From positions 3,968,001 through 4,032,000 of the forward strand of contig CBDCJH010000002.1 of the NCBI GenBank assembly GCA_965217775.1: DNA of 64,000 nt, written 5' to 3'. This stretch comes from Acidobacteriota bacterium. Its GTDB lineage: Bacteria > Acidobacteriota > UBA6911 > RPQK01 > JAJDTT01. The notes beneath the pieces were generated by a model. The model saw nothing but the letters and a program-made list of their open reading frames with translations, had not been told where the DNA came from and did not search any database. The position numbers and the translations under genes are program-made. Shown here piece by piece: positions 59,030 through 64,000 of the stretch. Within the stretch, counting starts at the first letter, position 1; every line of letters begins with the position of its first letter.

Positions 59030-59058
59030 AGTATAGTCCTTCTTTCCTTTCATGTCAA
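59030..59058 (-). promoter_or_regulatory. Near-consensus sigma70 promoter for the RRM gene
   Basis: TTGACA (59058-59053), 17-bp spacer, TATACT (59035-59030). Confidence 0.75.
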
Positions 59059-59290
59059 AAACCCAACGCCGCCCTCACCAGAGTCCCCAAACACGATTTC
59101 TCTCTCCTCTTCCTGGAAACAGAGGAAATGGGAACGAGAAAAGCTCCCCCACCGGCCCGGTCCTCGTCTCCTTGTCTTCGGGACGGCGGGAACCGAGAAT
59201 GGGGAGGCCATTCCACGCATAACTCGGCGATGTCGTTCGGCGGCCGGGAAGAATTCCCGGGTCACGGGAGGAGGACGGAGGAAACTGGAA

Positions 59291-59651
59291 ATGAGGCTCC
59301 TTTCACTCCTGTTCACACTCGCCGCCGTTCCCACCGGTTCGATCGGTTTCTCCAAGGCCAATCCGATCCGGATCATGAATCCGAAGGAACTCGACCAACG
59401 GACACGGGCTCGGTCCGCGGGCCATCCTGAGCCGGGACCAGGGGCGAAACTGGGACTTCCGCCACGACCGGATGGTGATCAGCGACAAGAACCATGGAGC
59501 CAGCGGAGGCGGGTTTGGCAACACGGTTCAGCTTTCGGACGGCACTTTGGTCTCCGTCTACAGCTATCGTGGCCGGGACGGAAGGACATACGTCGAATCG
59601 GTCCGCTGGCGGCTCCCGGAAAGCAAATCGAATCCAGGACCCGGCCAGTGA
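59291..59651 (+). pseudogene. Internally deleted BNR/sialidase-like gene
   Basis: Signal peptide MRLLSLLFTLAAVP... joined out of frame near 59400 to a last blade RAILSRDQGRNW...GGGFGNTVQLSDGTLVSVYSY...VRWRLP. Confidence 0.7.
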
Positions 59652-59718
59652 ACGAAGTCCTCGGTCTCGTCCGATCGAGAGCGTCCACCGGACGCCGATT
59701 CCAAGGAGTCACGACCAG

Positions 59719-60783
59719 ATGAAGGGATCTCTGCTGACACAACTGGTGGGGAGCTACAGCAAGCCCAGTTGGCTCATTCGTCACCACAGGGTCACGACCC
59801 CTTACGGCGACGACACGTTCTGGAGGCCGGAACCGGAAGTGCTCCAAGACGCGCAGGACGACGCGACCCGGCTCGCCATCGCCGATCAGGAGCGAGCGGG
59901 ACTGGACGTGATCACGGACGGTGAGGAGAGGCGGCATCGTTTCGATTCCTATTTCCTCCGTTTCCACGGTCTCGATACGACTCGGCTGGGCCAGTGGTCG
60001 ATGGCGGACCGGGACCTGAGCTTCATCCGACTCGATCCAGCCCTGAAAGGGCGTCTGGGCCAAGCCTTCGCGCCCCGGGTCGTGGACAAGGTGGGCTGGC
60101 CGGGGCCGACCGCCCTGGAAGATCTGCGTTTTCTGAAACGCCACACCTCACGTCCCGTGAAGATGACCGTCATCGGACCCCTGACGGCCGCCGCCCGCCT
60201 GGTCAACGAGTACTACCCCGATGAGAAGGCACTGGGAATGGACCTCGCTTCCGTCATCAACCGGGAACTGCGTGTCCTGGACGAGGAGGGCGCCGACGTC
60301 ATCCAGTTGGATGAACCCGATTTCCATTTCCGGGCCGACCAGGCCTGCCGCTGGGGGACCCGCGCTCTGGACGTCGCCCTGGAGGGAATCCGTTGCACCA
60401 CCGCGGTCCACATCTGCTATGGCTACGCACTGATCGGGAAGAAGCAGGTCAACCCCCGTTACGCGCAGGCGCTGGACTCGATTGCGGCTTCCCGCGCTCA
60501 ACAGATCAGCCTGGAGTATGAACAGCCCGGGCATGGCCCCGACGTCTTGCATCACTGCGGAGACAAGGAGGTCATCCTGGGATTGCTCAATCTGGGTTCG
60601 CGGGAAGTGGAAACACCGGAACACATCGCGCGGCGCCTCCGGGATGCGCTGGAAGTCGTCCCGGCGGAACGGCTGCGGGCAGCGCCGGACTGCGGAATGT
60701 GGTTCCTGCCGCGAGACGTGGCCTACGCCAAGCTGCAAGCGCTCGTGGACGGGGTCGCCATGGTGCGCGCGTCCCTGCCCTGA
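59719..60783 (+). CDS. Single-barrel cobalamin-independent methionine synthase II-like protein
   Basis: VGSYSKP, QERAGLDVITDGE, IQLDEP, zinc ligands HICYG / E / APDCG. Confidence 0.85.
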   Translation: MKGSLLTQLVGSYSKPSWLIRHHRVTTPYGDDTFWRPEPEVLQDAQDDATRLAIADQERAGLDVITDGEERRHRFDSYFLRFHGLDTTRLGQWSMADRDLSFIRLDPALKGRLGQAFAPRVVDKVGWPGPTALEDLRFLKRHTSRPVKMTVIGPLTAAARLVNEYYPDEKALGMDLASVINRELRVLDEEGADVIQLDEPDFHFRADQACRWGTRALDVALEGIRCTTAVHICYGYALIGKKQVNPRYAQALDSIAASRAQQISLEYEQPGHGPDVLHHCGDKEVILGLLNLGSREVETPEHIARRLRDALEVVPAERLRAAPDCGMWFLPRDVAYAKLQALVDGVAMVRASLP

Positions 60784-60805
60784 CCCAAACCGGACAGGAG
60801 TCGTC

Positions 60806-60889
60806 ATGGAGCGTGTGGCGTTCACTCTGCAGATCAAGGAAGGAAGCGAGGAATAATGCGACCGGAGACATCTTGCCGTCTGGCCCGGG
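60806..60889 (+). pseudogene. L-rhamnose mutarotase-like 5' fragment
   Basis: MERVAFTLQIKEGSEE*CDRRHLAVWPG resembles the RhaM start (EEY.RRH..VWPE); SD AGGAG; premature TAA, then truncated. Confidence 0.7.
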
Positions 60890-60927
60890 CGCGGTCACGG
60901 ACGCGTGGGCTAACCGTCGCCGGGACC

Positions 60928-61758
60928 ATGCCGGTGAGCGGCTCCACCTGGTCCTTCGTCGGCGCCACCCTGCCTGAGGCGGTTCGGATTTACGGTGCGT
61001 TGGGGATCGGGGCCGTGGATCTGATCGCCGTGCCGGGAAATCCCGATTCGCCCCAACTGGCGAGCGAGCAAATCCTCCGCCAGCCCCGAGAACTGGCGCA
61101 ACAGATCCTGGACTTGGGCATACCAGTCTCCAACCTCAACTACAACTTCGCCGCCAATTTCCACGAACGGGCCATCAACCACAAAGACGCGCACGTCCGG
61201 AGAAGAAATCGGGAAGACTACGGGTCCGTGATCGAGTTCTGCCGAGCCTGCCGGATTCCCTCCGTTACGGTGCTTCCGGGAATCGTGCAGGAAGGATGGA
61301 CTCGGGAAAAGGCCCTGGCCGTCGCGGCGGACGAATTGAACCACCTGTCCACCAGGTCCCGGAAAGCAGGTATCACCACCACTTTCGAAGCCCATGTCGG
61401 GTCGATTCTGGAGTCACCCCTGGACACTCTGTCCTTCATGCAAGCCAATTCCGAATTGAACCTGACCCTCGACTACGGCCACTTCATCTGTCTGGGCTAC
61501 GCTCAGGAGCAGGTGGACCCCCTCGTCCCGTACACGGCCCACGTCCATCTCAGGCAGGCGGCCACGAAGAAACTGCAGGCTCGATGGGATGAGGGGACGT
61601 TGGACTTCACCGGAATCGTCGGCAGGCTCGCCTCGGCGAACTACACCGGATTCCTGTCGCTCGAGTACGAGCACATGGAGGGATGGATGGACCTGGACCA
61701 GGCAGATGTCTTCACCGAAACCGTGAAGATGCGGAATCTATTGCGGTCCCTCGCCTGA
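60928..61758 (+). CDS. Sugar phosphate isomerase/epimerase (xylose-isomerase-like TIM barrel)
   Basis: FEAHVGS, LTLDYGHF, HVHLRQA, YTGFLSLEY. Confidence 0.82.
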   Translation: MPVSGSTWSFVGATLPEAVRIYGALGIGAVDLIAVPGNPDSPQLASEQILRQPRELAQQILDLGIPVSNLNYNFAANFHERAINHKDAHVRRRNREDYGSVIEFCRACRIPSVTVLPGIVQEGWTREKALAVAADELNHLSTRSRKAGITTTFEAHVGSILESPLDTLSFMQANSELNLTLDYGHFICLGYAQEQVDPLVPYTAHVHLRQAATKKLQARWDEGTLDFTGIVGRLASANYTGFLSLEYEHMEGWMDLDQADVFTETVKMRNLLRSLA

Positions 61759-61794
61759 CTCCCGGTGGACGACGCGCGTTCGAGGCCTGTCCCG

Positions 61795-63228
61795 CTAAAC
61801 CAGAAGCTCCTTGAGGATCTCACCGTGCACGTCGGTGAGACTCATGTCCCGCCCGCCGAACCGGAAGGTCAGCTTGTCGTGGTCCAGTCCGAGCTGATGG
61901 AGAATCGTGGCGTGGACGGAGTGGATCGAGGTCGGCTTTTCGACGACTGAGTTTCCAAATTCGTCCGTCGTCCCGTAGGTGAAGCCTGGTTTGAAGCCCC
62001 CTCCGGCCAGGAAGATGGAGTAACCGTTCACATGATGGTCGCGGCCCACACCCTCCTTGAGCTTGGGAGTATGCGGGGTCCGGCCCATCTCGCCGCCCCA
62101 GAGCACGATCGTGGAATCGAGCAGCCCACGCTGCTTCAAGTCCTGGATCAGCGCTCCGACGCCCTGATCGGTGATCATGGAGTTTTCTTCGTGGTACTTC
62201 TTCAGATTGCTGTGCTGGTCCCAGGGAGAGTTGTTGGCATGGGTCAGGGGACAGGCGACCTCCACGAAGCGCACGCCCCTCTCCACCAGACGCCGGGCAC
62301 GGAGACACTGCAGACCGTAGAACTTCTTGTATTCGTTTGAGCTGTCGAGCCCATACATCTTCTGGGTGGCCTCGGCCTCGCCGCTCACGTCGGCCAGTTC
62401 GGGCATCGCCGTCTGTAGATGGAACGCCGTCTCATAGTTCTTGATGACCGCCTCGATGGCGTTGTCCCCGGTCGTGGCGGCGAACCTCATGCTCTGCTCC
62501 CGGAGCAGGTCGAGTTTGCGCCGCTGCACCGCCGGATGATCCGCCGGCATGATGTTTTCCATCACAGGATTTCGAGCTCGCAGCACGTTGGGCGCATGCG
62601 ATGCGGGCAGGAAGGAATTGCTGAAATTCTCCCAACCGCCGTTGGGAACCCTCAATCCGTTGTCCAGCAGGACATAGTTCGGCAGGTTGTCCCGCTCACT
62701 GCCGAGGCCGTAGGAGACCCACGACCCGAAGCTGGGTGACCGGCCCGTAAGGCGCCCGGTGTGCATCAGCAGGTTCTGCTGGCCGTGCAGCGGAACCTGA
62801 CCCACCATGGAGCGGACCAGGCAGATGTCGTCCACCACCTTGGTGATGTGGGGAAACAGTTCGCTGACCCAGATTCCGCTCTTGCCGCGCCGCTTGAACT
62901 CCCAGGGGGTACCCAACCAGACTCGGTCGGCCGTCGATTGCGACTTTTCCGAAACCGCCGATTTCCCGATCGCTTCTCCCTCGTGTTTCTTCAACCTGGG
63001 CTTGTAGTCGAACAGGTCGACATGGCTCGGCCCCCCGTCCATGAAGCAGAAGATGACGTTCTTCGCTTTTGCGGGGAAATGGGTCTTGCCGTCGACCAAC
63101 GAGGCTCCCAAGCCGTACTCTTCGGCCAGCAGCGCCGACAGGGCCAGGGCCCCGAAACCGGTGGAAGTCTTGCGCAACAATTCACGGCGGCTGATGGGTG
63201 GGTATTCGATCAGTCCCTTAGCGTACAT
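61795..63228 (-). CDS. DUF1501 family protein
   Basis: SRRELL, AKNVIFCFMDGGPSHVDLFDYKP, WDQH, GEMGRTP, GRDHH; start overlaps the upstream gene end. Confidence 0.9.
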   Translation of the reverse strand: MYAKGLIEYPPISRRELLRKTSTGFGALALSALLAEEYGLGASLVDGKTHFPAKAKNVIFCFMDGGPSHVDLFDYKPRLKKHEGEAIGKSAVSEKSQSTADRVWLGTPWEFKRRGKSGIWVSELFPHITKVVDDICLVRSMVGQVPLHGQQNLLMHTGRLTGRSPSFGSWVSYGLGSERDNLPNYVLLDNGLRVPNGGWENFSNSFLPASHAPNVLRARNPVMENIMPADHPAVQRRKLDLLREQSMRFAATTGDNAIEAVIKNYETAFHLQTAMPELADVSGEAEATQKMYGLDSSNEYKKFYGLQCLRARRLVERGVRFVEVACPLTHANNSPWDQHSNLKKYHEENSMITDQGVGALIQDLKQRGLLDSTIVLWGGEMGRTPHTPKLKEGVGRDHHVNGYSIFLAGGGFKPGFTYGTTDEFGNSVVEKPTSIHSVHATILHQLGLDHDKLTFRFGGRDMSLTDVHGEILKELLV

Positions 63229-64000
63229 AGATGAACTCCGTAGTATTGAAGAGGGCGTGGGCCGTGTCCTTCCATACCGCCACTGACTGCAGGAGGTCCT
63301 CCGAGGACCGGCTGCCATCCGAGCGGCTCTGATGAAAAGAGTTGAAATCATGAACCGCCTGGGTCCACCGGGTCAGTTCGGCCGACTCCGGCTCCCGCCC
63401 CAGGGCATACCGGAACATGACGGTCAGCCGCTGCTCGGGCGAATCGTGCGATTTGGAGATCAACCGGCGGGCCCAAAATTCGGCCTGCCCCGCAACGAAG
63501 GGATCGTTGAGCATGGTCAGGGCCTGATTGGGCACATTGGTGACGTCACGCCGGCCGGTGGGCATCTTCGGAATGGGCTTGTTGAACGTCTCCAGGAACT
63601 TGTACGGTTCCATGATCGTGTTTCGGAGGTAGATGGAACGCCGTCCGGCCCCGTCCAAGGGCCCCGAGAAATAGGTCTGATCCGCCTTGACCACCTTGCT
63701 CTTGGGCCGGTAGGGATCCACGAAACCGCCCAGGAGCTGAGGATCGAGACGTCCGGAGACGGCGAGCATGGCGTCCCGGATGGACTCGGCGTCCAAGCGG
63801 TGGAGCGGATAATGGTGCAGCATCCGATTGGAGGGGTCCACCTCATGGGCCCGGCCGCGGGCCTGATTCGATTGCTGAAACGTCTCCGTCATCACCAGCA
63901 TCCTGACCAGCTTCTTCACCGACCAGCCCTCTTGGACGAAGCGGCCGGCGAGATAGTCCAGCAGTTCGGGGTGAGAGGGCCGGTCGCCGAGATGACCGAA
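63218..64000 (-). CDS. DUF1553 (PSD1) protein, C-terminal part (starts beyond the window)
   Basis: PSHPELLDYLA..F...GWSVKKLVR, RLDAESIRDAML, RRSIY, VPNQAL, EFIYVR. Confidence 0.9.
   Translation of the reverse strand, partial: FGHLGDRPSHPELLDYLAGRFVQEGWSVKKLVRMLVMTETFQQSNQARGRAHEVDPSNRMLHHYPLHRLDAESIRDAMLAVSGRLDPQLLGGFVDPYRPKSKVVKADQTYFSGPLDGAGRRSIYLRNTIMEPYKFLETFNKPIPKMPTGRRDVTNVPNQALTMLNDPFVAGQAEFWARRLISKSHDSPEQRLTVMFRYALGREPESAELTRWTQAVHDFNSFHQSRSDGSRSSEDLLQSVAVWKDTAHALFNTTEFIYVR

Noticed and set aside
1-64000. CRISPR array, tRNA/rRNA, retron RT/ncRNA, integrase
   Set aside because: No repeat-spacer periodicity, structural RNA signature, RT YxDD motif in an RT context, or recombinase gene was seen by eye.

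Overview
GC-rich bacterial chromosomal window. Gene content (Oar-type TonB-dependent receptors, CRTAC1/TPR, DUF1501/DUF1553 pairs, many Tat-exported BNR propellers) suggests Acidobacteriota or a PVC-like heterotroph; this is inference only. 1-7.6 kb is a defence island: a type I R-M operon (hsdM-hsdS-[ABC ATPase-HNH, PtuAB/Septu-like]-hsdR, all translationally coupled), followed by decaying toxin-antitoxin genes and a relic second hsdR start coupled to hicBA. 7.7-37.7 kb is carbohydrate/sulfate-scavenging-type content: six BNR/sialidase-like genes, DUF1501/DUF1553, two TonB receptors and a broken sulP. A complete ISKra4-family element (TIRs, 9-bp TSD) lies at 37829-39675. A 162-bp palindromic MITE sits in-frame inside an alpha/beta hydrolase. 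A cobalamin riboswitch heads a 7-gene B12 uptake operon that begins with a Dph6-like ATP pyrophosphatase. An Omp85 barrel gene is paired with a secreted protein carrying a kinase-like motif set. All family calls come from motif recognition by eye; no database searches were run.
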